Shown here in pieces: positions 56,495 to 64,000 of a stretch of DNA of 64,000 nt; position 1 is the stretch's first letter, and each line of letters starts with the position of its first letter. Below the pieces are notes generated by a model. The model saw nothing but the letters and a program-made list of their open reading frames with translations. It was not told where the DNA came from and did not search any database. A program made the translations under genes and the position numbers. This stretch comes from an uncultured Bdellovibrionales bacterium (lineage in GTDB: Bacteria > Patescibacteriota > Minisyncoccia > Moranbacterales > UBA9337), in the NCBI GenBank assembly GCA_964605525.1, contig CAZSCV010000001.1, positions 18,424 to 82,423 of the forward strand, given 5' to 3'.

Positions 56495-57625
56495 ATGAAT
56501 AGATTTCAACAGCAACAAATCATTCAAGACTTAGCCAAGAAAATGGTTTTCATTACCGGTCCGAGACAAGTCGGGAAAACCTGGCTGGCTAAAGAGATTA
56601 GCAAGGGTTTCAAATCCCCCCTGTATCTTAATTATGACAACTTTGACCAGCGCCAAATCATCCAAAAAGAACAATGGCCGCAAGCAACCGATCTTCTGAT
56701 TTTTGATGAAATCCATAAAATGCCGGATTGGAAGAATTATCTGAAGGGAGTTTATGATACAAAAAATGAGACCACGAAAATTTTGGTGACTGGCAGTGCC
56801 AGATTGGAAACTTTTCGTCAATCCGGAGACTCTTTGGCTGGCCGATTTTTTGCGCACAAACTATTGCCATTTTCTTTGGCTGAATTGCGCAAGATAGATT
56901 CCACAAAAGAATCTTTGATTGATTCATTGATCCAGAGGGGTGGTTTCCCAGAACCATTTTTAGCCGCAACTGACATTGAAGCGGAAAGATGGCGCAATCA
57001 GTATATCGATGGCTTGGTTCGACATGATATTTTGGATTTTGAAAATATTCATGATTTCAAATCAGTCCAACTCGTTTTTGAATTATTGCGCCGAAGGACT
57101 GGTTCGCCAATCTCGCTAAATTCAATTGCTATCGATGTCGGAATTTCACCTGTAACGGTTAATAAATATCTGCAAATATTTGAAGCGCTCTATATTGTTT
57201 TTCGCGTCACACCCTATTCAAAAAATATCGCCCGCTCAATTTTAAAAGAATCAAAAGTATATTTTTTTGATAATGGATTAGTAATTGGGGACGATGGCGC
57301 TAAAATTGAAAATTTTGTCGCTATCTCTTTGTTAAAAAACATCTCCGCCAAAAATGATCTATTGGGGGAGCGCGGCGAACTTAAATATGTGCGCACCAAG
57401 GATGGCAAAGAAGTTGATTTTGCAATAATCAATGGAGAAAATGAAATCGAGGAACTTATCGAAGTAAAAAAACAGGATAATAATCTAAGTAAAACTTTGA
57501 AATATTTTGTAGAAAAATATAGCCTTAAAGGAATTCAACTGGTTAAAGAATTGAAAAATGAAAAACAAATCGGCAATATCCGAATTCTGAAAATGGAGAA
57601 CTATTTAAAAAATTTGTTTCTATAA
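56495..57625 (+). CDS. AAA+ ATPase (AAA_14 + DUF4143-type, family recalled), copy 2
   Basis: Walker A ITGPRQVGKTWLAKE. Walker B LLIFDEIH. Same architecture as copy 1 (28814-29998). Promoter TTGACT-N17-TAAAAT upstream. Confidence 0.65.
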   Translation: MNRFQQQQIIQDLAKKMVFITGPRQVGKTWLAKEISKGFKSPLYLNYDNFDQRQIIQKEQWPQATDLLIFDEIHKMPDWKNYLKGVYDTKNETTKILVTGSARLETFRQSGDSLAGRFFAHKLLPFSLAELRKIDSTKESLIDSLIQRGGFPEPFLAATDIEAERWRNQYIDGLVRHDILDFENIHDFKSVQLVFELLRRRTGSPISLNSIAIDVGISPVTVNKYLQIFEALYIVFRVTPYSKNIARSILKESKVYFFDNGLVIGDDGAKIENFVAISLLKNISAKNDLLGERGELKYVRTKDGKEVDFAIINGENEIEELIEVKKQDNNLSKTLKYFVEKYSLKGIQLVKELKNEKQIGNIRILKMENYLKNLFL

Positions 57626-57644
57626 AAAACAGCGCTTAGGCAAA

Positions 57645-57726
57645 TAAAAAAGGCGGAGAACTCGATGAGTTTCCGCCTTTGAGCTTGAACTTTTCAGGCA
57701 AGAAAGTTAGAGTCAACTTTCTTGCC
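57645..57726. terminator. two consecutive hairpins after AAA-ATPase 2: GATGAG-loop hairpin (57652-57677) and perfect 12-bp inverted repeat GGCAAGAAAGTT...AACTTTCTTGCC (57697-57726)
   Basis: AAAAAAGGCGGAGAACTCGATGAGTTTCCGCCTTT is about 90% identical to the hairpin at 56349-56385 on the other side of the ATPase gene. Confidence 0.5.
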
Positions 57727-57755
57727 AATGTTTATCACCCCCTTTTCTTATCCCC

Positions 57756-58115
57756 CTAACGATATATAATGTATTTTGCAAAGGGAATTTCTTCTCTATG
57801 AAACATGTATCCATTAGCCGGAGAAAAGACTACCCTAATCTCGATAATACTGTAATCGTTTCTCGCATTTTTTTGGATAAAAATGCAGCGCGGCCAGATG
57901 TCTTGATGGTCAAGAAAATACTTGAAATTATCGTTAAACAGAAGATTGTTTATTTGTTCCTTAGTCATGGAACACTTTTTAACCCCACTTTTGAAAAAAC
58001 TTGGGGTGCCAATTTCTTTCCACGAGATATTCCCTAAAAGGAATATTGCACGTCTATTTCCTGAGACACAAGTAATGGTTTTGTGGTTTTCGAAAAAGTA
58101 ATGCATGACGCTCAT
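57756..58115 (-). CDS. hypothetical protein (119 aa)
   Basis: AAGGAGAG RBS 7 nt upstream of ATG (MSVMHYFFENHK...). No recognisable domain. Confidence 0.35.
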   Translation of the reverse strand: MSVMHYFFENHKTITCVSGNRRAIFLLGNISWKEIGTPSFFKSGVKKCSMTKEQINNLLFNDNFKYFLDHQDIWPRCIFIQKNARNDYSIIEIRVVFSPANGYMFHREEIPFAKYIIYR

Positions 58116-58359
58116 AGTCGCTCTCCTTGAAATATGTGCTCATTATTGAGCTTTTTTATAAAATGATTTTTAAAAAAACTGTTGTCATGAATCTTTTTGC
58201 TGTTCTCATCATGACTCTGTAGTATATCGCAAATTGGCAAACTATGTGGAAGTGGTTTCCAAATTTATTGCTAAAATTGACAAATTATGGCTTATCTGAT
58301 ATACTAAAAGTGTTGAAATATAATCCACAACATTCACCCTGTCAAATAAATTTTAAGTT

Positions 58360-59130
58360 TTGATTATGATAAAGAGTCTTTTAGAACAACTGAATTTCTC
58401 GGAAAAAGAGTCCGCTATTTATCTAGCGCTTTTGGAAATGGGTTCAACGAAACCCAGTATTTTAGCCAAAAAAACTGGCCTGAATCGCACCACCGTCTAT
58501 GATATTTGCGAGCTTTTGATGCAAAAAGGTTTGATTTCGAAATATAAAAAAGGCGCCGGCACATTCTTTAATGCGCTGGATCCCAAACATTTACTGACAT
58601 ATCTTGACCGAGAAAGAGAAGAAAAGGCCAAAGAGATTGAAAAACAGAAGGGCAAGGTTTCTGAACTTCTGCCCCAGCTTTTGTCGATGCAAAACATTTA
58701 TGGCGCCAGTAAGCCGAAAGTGCAGTTTTTTGAAGGAGAAAAGGGGATGCGCGAGGCTTATGAAGACACGCTTACCAGCAAGGAAATTATCCTAGCTTAT
58801 GCCAATCCGCAGACGATGCATGAGGGTCTGCCCAATTTCTTTCCGGAATATTACAAGCGCCGGGCGGAAAAAAGAATCTTTATTAAAGCCATCATTCCCA
58901 GAAACAAGATGTCTTTGGAAAGAATGGCGCACAATCAGGAAGAAATGCGCGATACCCGCTTTTTGCCCGAAGAAAAAATGACTTTTTCGCCAGAAGTGAA
59001 TATCTATAACAACAAAATGCTCATCGCCTCATGGAAAGAAAAAATAGCTATCATTATCGAATCGAAAGAGTTGGTCGATTTGCAAAAAATGACCTTCGAT
59101 TTATTGTGGGAAAGTTTGCCGAGAAATTAA
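58360..59130 (+). CDS. TrmB-like winged-helix transcriptional regulator, paralog 6 of 7
   Basis: SEKESAIYLALLEMGSTKPSILAKKTGLNRTTVYDICELLMQKGLI wHTH. C-terminal block ...KIAIIIESKELVDLQKMTFDLLWESLPRN. Promoter AAAATTGACAAATTATGG...TATACT. Confidence 0.7.
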   Translation: MIMIKSLLEQLNFSEKESAIYLALLEMGSTKPSILAKKTGLNRTTVYDICELLMQKGLISKYKKGAGTFFNALDPKHLLTYLDREREEKAKEIEKQKGKVSELLPQLLSMQNIYGASKPKVQFFEGEKGMREAYEDTLTSKEIILAYANPQTMHEGLPNFFPEYYKRRAEKRIFIKAIIPRNKMSLERMAHNQEEMRDTRFLPEEKMTFSPEVNIYNNKMLIASWKEKIAIIIESKELVDLQKMTFDLLWESLPRN

Positions 59131-59210
59131 AAAATATTTCGGGTTTAAGGAGTTTCGGCCTTTGCAGAGGAGGATTATTTCCAATATTTTGGCAGGAGGC
59201 AATCAGGCAA
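59129..59210 (+). pseudogene. remnant of recQ 5-prime end (about 25 codons) left by segmental duplication
   Basis: aaaaaatatttcgggtttaaggagtttcggcctttgcagaggaggattatttccaatattttggcagga is about 90% identical to 61005-61075 (start of recQ). In recQ frame it reads [23 protein letters not shown] then stop after 8 more codons. Confidence 0.5.
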
Positions 59211-59404
59211 ATTATGCAATTGCATGATATTATACATTTAGTATAACAAATACGTTATACTAAATGTTAAATTATACTCAAATTATGTCCAAGATGGCTA
59301 GAAAACTTAATCCGAAAATTCCTTGCCATCGTGTTATCCGAACGGATGGAAAAATTGGCGGGTATAACCGCGGTGAAGATAAAAAACGGGAAATTTTGGA
59401 AAAA

Positions 59405-59440
59405 GAAAAAAGCCGGAAGTTTTGATGAGCTTCCGGCGGT
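59405..59440 (-). terminator. GATGAG-loop terminator hairpin for the 59470-59895 gene
   Basis: AAAAAAGCCGGAAGttttgatgagCTTCCGGC. 8-bp stem, T-run on the minus strand. Confidence 0.5.
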
Positions 59441-59469
59441 AAGAATACCCTATTTCAGTAAGCAAGAGA

Positions 59470-59895
59470 TTATTTCATAATCTCTTCTAAATTCTCCAAA
59501 CCTTCTTTCCAGTTATCAGCAAGAGGAACAGGAGCAATTTTTGCTGTTGGATATAAGTCCGGTAGCTGATTAACAAAAACCTCGGCATATTGCCATAATG
59601 TTGACCAGCTCTTGGCGTTATAAACAATAGCCACTGGAATTGTTTTATTGGTACTGAGGATTTGACCGATGCACATGAAAACAACCGCAGTTGTCATCAC
59701 AAAAGTACATTCATTGATAATAGATGCGACCAGAACGCCGTCTATAGGAACATTTTGAATAATATTTTTTGTATCTTCCAGATTTGTTGCTATTAAATAT
59801 TCATATTTTCTATTTTTATTCAATCTATCTCCGTTCAATTTTTTCTTTGCTTCATTCGCTGTTTCTTGTGTTGCCACAAGTAGGATTTTTTTCAT
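59470..59895 (-). CDS. hypothetical protein (141 aa), possible flavodoxin/Rossmann-like fold
   Basis: AAGGAG RBS before MKKILLVATQETANEAKKKL... Alternating beta-alpha pattern (ILLVA...YLIATNL...IDGVLVASI). ORF-track N-terminal extension lacks an RBS. Confidence 0.4.
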   Translation of the reverse strand: MKKILLVATQETANEAKKKLNGDRLNKNRKYEYLIATNLEDTKNIIQNVPIDGVLVASIINECTFVMTTAVVFMCIGQILSTNKTIPVAIVYNAKSWSTLWQYAEVFVNQLPDLYPTAKIAPVPLADNWKEGLENLEEIMK

Positions 59896-60176
59896 ACTAG
59901 TCTCCTTTTTAAAGATTGAGTTTGGAATTGAGCTAAAGCGTGACAAGGTTTTGAATGAACTTTTGTTAAGACTCGATTCTTTTTCGACTTCTTGTCTCAA
60001 CAAACCAGTATGTATCCAAAAGAAAATATTGTCAATAATTGGCGTCAAATTATTTAAGTTAGATTTTTAGCAAAAGAGAAAAATAGCTTTAAAATGAAGT
60101 AATATTGACAAAATATGGTAGTACGATATGATTATTATGTTGACGGAAAGTGCCGACAACTATTTTATTTTACTGG

Positions 60177-60196
60177 ATTCCCGTTTTCGCGGGAAT
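60177..60196 (+). promoter_or_regulatory. GC-rich 5-prime-leader hairpin of TrmB paralog 7 (ATTCCCGttttcgCGGGAAT, followed by GACA)
   Basis: 6-bp stem 9 nt upstream of ATG 60206. Preceded by promoter TTGACA-N16-TATGAT (about 60100-60127). Homologous to the paralog 1 leader element. Confidence 0.45.
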
Positions 60197-60205
60197 GACA
60201 TAGAA

Positions 60206-60952
60206 ATGCAAATCAAAGAATTTTTACAGAAGTTTGATATTGATGGGAAAAAAGCGGATGTTTATCTGGCAGTTTTGGAATTGGGGAGTGGAACTGCCAA
60301 TGAGATTGCTAAAAAGTCTGAAATTAAAAGAACGACTTGCTATGATGTCTTGCAAGATTTGGAAAAACCCGGTTTGGTTTATGAAACCAGCAAAGGCAAA
60401 AAAAGGCTTTTTGTGGCGGAGGATCCGGAAAAATTGCGCAAAAAAATAAGCGAAAAGGAAAAACTTCTTGATGAAATGCTCCCTGAGTTGCGATCTTTCT
60501 ACAATATCAAAGGGACAAAACCGAAAATCAGGTTTTATGAGGGCAAAGAGGGATTGCGCGAGGTATATGCGGATACCCTGAATTATTCCGGAGAAATGCT
60601 GGTATTTGCGTCGGAAGACGTAGCGAAAATTTTGGGGATGAATTGGACGAACGATTATTTGGCAAAAAGAGTGAAAAAAGAATTGCGGGTACGAGCGATT
60701 ATGCCAAAGACAAAAATTATTGAACAAGATTTTGTTTCGAAAGACCAAAAACAACTTCGCGCCTCCAAGTTGGTTGATGCGAAAAAATATCCTTTTTCTA
60801 TCGAAATCAACATTTATGGTCATCAAAAAGTAGCACTAATGTCTTCGCGAGAAGAAATGGGAATTATTATTGAAGGTGCGGAGATTTACAACACTCTGAA
60901 GCTTATTTTTGAATTATTGTGGGATAATCTGCCAGAGATTGAAATAAGCTAA
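60206..60952 (+). CDS. TrmB-like winged-helix transcriptional regulator, paralog 7 of 7
   Basis: GKKADVYLAVLELGSGTANEIAKKSEIKRTTCYDVLQDLEKPGLV wHTH. C-terminal block ...MGIIIEGAEIYNTLKLIFELLWDNLPE. 39 nt upstream of recQ. Start placed at MQIKEF (after the leader hairpin). Confidence 0.7.
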   Translation: MQIKEFLQKFDIDGKKADVYLAVLELGSGTANEIAKKSEIKRTTCYDVLQDLEKPGLVYETSKGKKRLFVAEDPEKLRKKISEKEKLLDEMLPELRSFYNIKGTKPKIRFYEGKEGLREVYADTLNYSGEMLVFASEDVAKILGMNWTNDYLAKRVKKELRVRAIMPKTKIIEQDFVSKDQKQLRASKLVDAKKYPFSIEINIYGHQKVALMSSREEMGIIIEGAEIYNTLKLIFELLWDNLPEIEIS

Positions 60953-60991
60953 TTAAATAATGAAAAGATAAGGGAAGCAAGAAAATCAACA

Positions 60992-63166
60992 ATGAAAACA
61001 CTTTTGAAAAAATATTTTGGGTTTGAGGAGTTTCGGCCTTTGCAGGGGGAGATTATTTCCAATATTCTGGCAGGAAGGGACACTTTCGTTTTGATGCCGA
61101 CTGGCGGAGGAAAATCGCTTTGCTATCAGCTTCCCGCGCTCAAATTTCCCGGAATCACGATCGTGATTTCTCCTTTGATCGCTTTGATGAAGGACCAGGT
61201 TGATTCACTGAAGGCTAGTGGCGTAGCGGCGGAGTTTTTAAATTCTTCGCTTTCTGCCGGAGAAATTGAGAGAATAAAAAAGGAAGCGCAGGAAAGAAAG
61301 GTTAAGCTTCTCTATATTGCTCCCGAGCGGATGGCGATGCGGGATTTTGAAGATTTTTTGGCAGAATTGAAGCCTAATTTGATCGCGGTGGACGAGGCTC
61401 ATTGTATTTCAGAATGGGGGCATGATTTCCGTCCGGATTATCGCAATCTTCGAAGGCTCAAGGATATTTTTCCCGGCGTGCCGATCGTAGCGCTCACTGC
61501 GACGGCAACGGAAAAGGTACGAGAAGATATTTTGAGTCAGCTCAATTTCCAAAACCACAAAACATTCATTTCCAGTTTCAACCGGGAAAATTTGTTTTTT
61601 CGGGTGGTGGAAAAAAGAAACGCTTTTCCCAAATTATTGAAATTATTGGAAAACCGCAAGAAAGACTCCGTGATAATTTATTGTTTTTCACGAAAAGATA
61701 CGGAAAATTTGACGGCGGATTTGCGGGCGGAAGGTTTTTCGGCGTTGGCATACCATGCCGGATTGGATTCGGCGAAGCGGAAAAAGGCACAGGAGGCGTT
61801 TATCCGCGATGAGGCGAATATTATCGTGGCGACAATCGCTTTCGGAATGGGAATTGACAAACCGAACGTGCGCTTGGTGGTGCATTATACTTTTCCCAAA
61901 TCATTGGAAGGATATTATCAAGAAGTGGGGCGGGCGGGACGCGACGGATTGCCGGCGGAATGCGTGATGTTTTATACTTATGCCGATGCGCGCAAGCATC
62001 AATATTTCCTAAATGATATTTCTGACGAGGCTTTGCGCAATCAAACGGCGAAAAAACTGCAAGAAGTGATGGATTATGCCGATTTGGAGTTTTGCCGGAG
62101 GCGACACCTGCTTTCTTACTTTGGAGAGGAATATGGAAAAGAAAATTGCGGAGGGTGCGACGTTTGTCTTTCGGATAAAAAAGAAAAAGAAATGTTTGAC
62201 GCAACAGTTGTGGCACAAAAAATTCTCTCAGCGATGGTGCGCACCGGACAGCGGTTCGGCGCCGGGTATATCGCGGACATTCTTTGCGGGAAAAATAAAA
62301 AAATGATTCGCGGTCGAAAACACGACAAACTTTCAGTTTTTGGAATTGTGAATGATTTTTCAGTTGATCAATTGCGAGAAATAATTCGCTTGCTTTTGGG
62401 CGTTGGATTGATTGAAAAATCTCAAGGGGAATATCCGACATTGATTCTTTCAGTCAGGGGAAAGAAATTTTTGAATGACAAGGAAAAACTGTTTTTGCCC
62501 AAGCTGGAAGAGGAAGTTTTTGATGATAGTTTCAAAATTGAGGATGATTTTGAATATGACGGACAATTGTTTGAAAAATTGCGCTCGCTTCGCCGAGAAA
62601 TCGCCAGTGAATTAAATGTCCCGCCATTTGTGGTTTTTTCTGACGTATCGTTGCGGGAAATGGCGTATTATTTTCCTTCTGACAGTGAAAGTTTTTTACG
62701 TGTAGCGGGAGTAGGGGAATTGAAGCTCAAAAATTTTGGAAAAAAGTTTTTGCAGGAAATAAACCGGTACGCGAAAGAAAACAACATTGCCCCGAAAGAA
62801 TTTCCGATTTTAAAAAGAAGGGGGAGTGAAGAAAAGAGACTGGGAACGAAGAAACCGAAAAAGGGGAACGTTACGAGCGGAACTTTTCGAATTACACGCG
62901 AATTTTTAGAAAAGAAGATATCTCTTGTTCAAATCGCCAAAAAAAGAGGACTGACCGTAGGCACCATTATTTCGCATATTGAAAAAATTAAAAATTCAGG
63001 AGAAAAACTGGATATTGATTATCTGAAACCGGAAAAAGAAATTTTTGAAGAAGTCAAAAAAGCTTTTGAGAAATGCGGAACGAGCGCCTTGAGTCCAATA
63101 CACAGGCAACTGAAAGGAAGATACGATTACGATACAATCCGATTAGTGAGGGTATTTTTGGATTGA
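60992..63166 (+). CDS. recQ: ATP-dependent DNA helicase RecQ
   Basis: [58 protein letters not shown] (DEAH box). RQC zinc cluster [12 protein letters not shown]...CGGCDVC. HRDC-like C-terminal region. 724 aa. Confidence 0.85.
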   Translation: MKTLLKKYFGFEEFRPLQGEIISNILAGRDTFVLMPTGGGKSLCYQLPALKFPGITIVISPLIALMKDQVDSLKASGVAAEFLNSSLSAGEIERIKKEAQERKVKLLYIAPERMAMRDFEDFLAELKPNLIAVDEAHCISEWGHDFRPDYRNLRRLKDIFPGVPIVALTATATEKVREDILSQLNFQNHKTFISSFNRENLFFRVVEKRNAFPKLLKLLENRKKDSVIIYCFSRKDTENLTADLRAEGFSALAYHAGLDSAKRKKAQEAFIRDEANIIVATIAFGMGIDKPNVRLVVHYTFPKSLEGYYQEVGRAGRDGLPAECVMFYTYADARKHQYFLNDISDEALRNQTAKKLQEVMDYADLEFCRRRHLLSYFGEEYGKENCGGCDVCLSDKKEKEMFDATVVAQKILSAMVRTGQRFGAGYIADILCGKNKKMIRGRKHDKLSVFGIVNDFSVDQLREIIRLLLGVGLIEKSQGEYPTLILSVRGKKFLNDKEKLFLPKLEEEVFDDSFKIEDDFEYDGQLFEKLRSLRREIASELNVPPFVVFSDVSLREMAYYFPSDSESFLRVAGVGELKLKNFGKKFLQEINRYAKENNIAPKEFPILKRRGSEEKRLGTKKPKKGNVTSGTFRITREFLEKKISLVQIAKKRGLTVGTIISHIEKIKNSGEKLDIDYLKPEKEIFEEVKKAFEKCGTSALSPIHRQLKGRYDYDTIRLVRVFLD

Positions 63167-63171
63167 AGAAA

Positions 63172-63237
63172 TAAAAAAAATCCTGGAAACTGTGCTGTCA
63201 TATTTGACAGGTGCGATGAGTTTTCAGGATTTTTTCT
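63172..63237. terminator. bidirectional terminator between recQ and the receiver-domain gene, GATGAG-loop family
   Basis: AAAAAAAATCCTGGAAACT...GTGCGATGAGTTTTCAGGATTTTTT with a nested inner hairpin CTGTCAtatttGACAG. Confidence 0.55.
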
Positions 63238-63245
63238 GCGGAACT

Positions 63246-63611
63246 TTAGTGCATTTTAGATAAAGTGCACTCTAATTCATTTAGGAATACCGGCTTTTGG
63301 ATGCAGAGTATTTTGTGTTGTTTGGAAAAATTCAAACACTCCTCTGAGATGTAGCCAGTAATAAGAATAATTTTTTTTTCAATTCCCGGATATTCTCCTA
63401 TAACTAATTTGCAGATATCCAGACCAGTTATATTAGGCATTCCAACATCCAGGATGATGGCGTGAAAATTTTCAAGTTTTATTTTTAACAATGCTAAATT
63501 TCCTTCAGACACAGTGATTACTTCCCATTTTTTTCCGAAAAAAGTTTTAAATATTTCCAAAATTGTTATTTCATCATCAACTACTAAAATTTTTTTCTTT
63601 TTATTTAACAT
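63246..63611 (-). CDS. orphan response-regulator receiver domain protein
   Basis: KILVVDDEITILEIFKTFFGKKWEVITVSEGNLALLKIKLENFHAIILDVGMPNITGLDICK has the DD...D receiver pattern. 121 aa, no output domain. Confidence 0.65.
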   Translation of the reverse strand: MLNKKKKILVVDDEITILEIFKTFFGKKWEVITVSEGNLALLKIKLENFHAIILDVGMPNITGLDICKLVIGEYPGIEKKIILITGYISEECLNFSKQHKILCIQKPVFLNELECTLSKMH

Positions 63612-63794
63612 TTTCTTCTCCTTTTTAAGGAACTATTTGAAAACCCCTCATCATTTCTTTGTTAATTACTACGAAAAAGATATTTTAAAATTTCTATGGT
63701 AAAAACAGAAACTCGTTGTTTATTGTTAAAGTAGAGATATGAATATGAAATACGGATATGCTATACTAAATATATAATACAAGACATCAAATAA

Positions 63795-64000
63795 ATGGCT
63801 TCAATTGTTGCGCATATTGTTTATGCGCGGAAATATTTTGAGAAGTTTGAGCCGGTGGAGTTGGATCGGGATGAGTTTATTTTGGGTAGCGTATTCCCGG
63901 ATATTCGGCGAATTGACGAAAGCATTTCGCGTAAGGACACACATTTGCATTTTTCTCCAATAGATTTGAATTTCAAAGGACTTTCTTCGTTTTCTGCCGG
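63795..64000 (+). CDS. hypothetical protein, 5-prime part only (runs off window)
   Basis: ATG at 63795. MASIVAHIVYARKYFEKFEPVELDRDEFILGSVFPDIRRIDESISRKDTHLHF... Possibly a metal-dependent hydrolase (H...D pattern). Too short to call. Confidence 0.3.
   Translation, partial: MASIVAHIVYARKYFEKFEPVELDRDEFILGSVFPDIRRIDESISRKDTHLHFSPIDLNFKGLSSFSA

Noticed and set aside
56354-57677. GATGAG-containing hairpins as hammerhead ribozymes
   Set aside because: The hammerhead core needs CUGAUGA plus a GAAA element and a three-helix junction. Only a GATGAG-like hexamer inside a simple hairpin loop is present. A terminator or repeat element is the simpler reading.
58497-58981. Arg-rich alternative-frame ORFs inside TrmB paralog 6 (58497-58697 minus strand, 58604-58795 and 58799-58981 plus strand), and similar ORFs inside recQ (61578-62441)
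   Set aside because: They lie fully inside strongly supported genes in locally GC-richer DNA, where off-frame ORFs are common. No RBS or independent signal.
59031-59246. 71-aa plus-strand ORF downstream of TrmB paralog 6
   Set aside because: It is an out-of-frame reading of the duplicated recQ 5-prime fragment overlapping the end of paralog 6. Treated as a pseudogene remnant, not a gene.

Overview
Low-GC window, overall about 35 to 40% GC by eye, of a bacterial chromosome. The lineage guess, a small-genome Patescibacteria/CPR-like organism, is inference only. All gene calls come from reading the six-frame translations and recognising motifs by eye, with no database search, so protein-family names rest on recalled motifs. 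The window spans the replication origin: dnaN and dnaA on the minus strand, an AT-rich oriC-like spacer with degenerate DnaA boxes, then rpmH-rnpA-yidC-jag on the plus strand (rpmH is below the ORF-track length cutoff and was found by hand). Core genes also present are ruvC, yebC, a DciA-like DUF721 protein, uvrD/pcrA, recQ, a CCA-adding enzyme, xerC/D-like recombinase, tRNA-Ala(GGC) and tRNA-Arg(CCT). Accessory content is rich. (1) A 13-kb minus-strand block (33.6 to 46.6 kb) looks like a minimal type-IV-secretion-like machine. It has a VirB4-like ATPase split into two adjacent ORFs, a VirB3-like protein, a VirB6-like polytopic protein and a LysM+CHAP cell-wall hydrolase. It is co-oriented with a 939-aa Cys-rich anchored exoprotein and a TolB-like beta-propeller, and is preceded by an AT-rich intergenic region with two perfect DnaA boxes. 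(2) Seven paralogous TrmB-like wHTH proteins, three of them directly upstream of ruvC, uvrD and recQ. A 5-prime recQ remnant sits after paralog 6, showing a segmental duplication. (3) Six copies of the perfect parS palindrome TGTTCCACGTGGAACA lie in a 0.9-kb non-coding stretch. (4) Two AAA+ ATPase genes (DUF4143-type as recalled) each sit in a repeat-flanked cassette, one behind twin 19-bp palindromic operators overlapping its promoter. (5) An ATP-grasp ligase gene trio at the left edge, one member fused to a retropepsin-like domain. (6) A stand-alone class II aminoacyl-tRNA-synthetase-like catalytic core. (7) A PaaX/Cas2-like membrane-anchored protein flanked by CGCATATGCG palindromes. (8) A 2275-aa FN3-repeat surface giant, an LTD/PKD exoprotein, two orphan receiver domains, a glycan cluster (flippase, GT2, two O-antigen-ligase-like proteins) and a B12-radical-SAM plus methyltransferase pair. 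Four terminator hairpins share a GATGAG loop. No CRISPR array, rRNA or IS transposase was seen.
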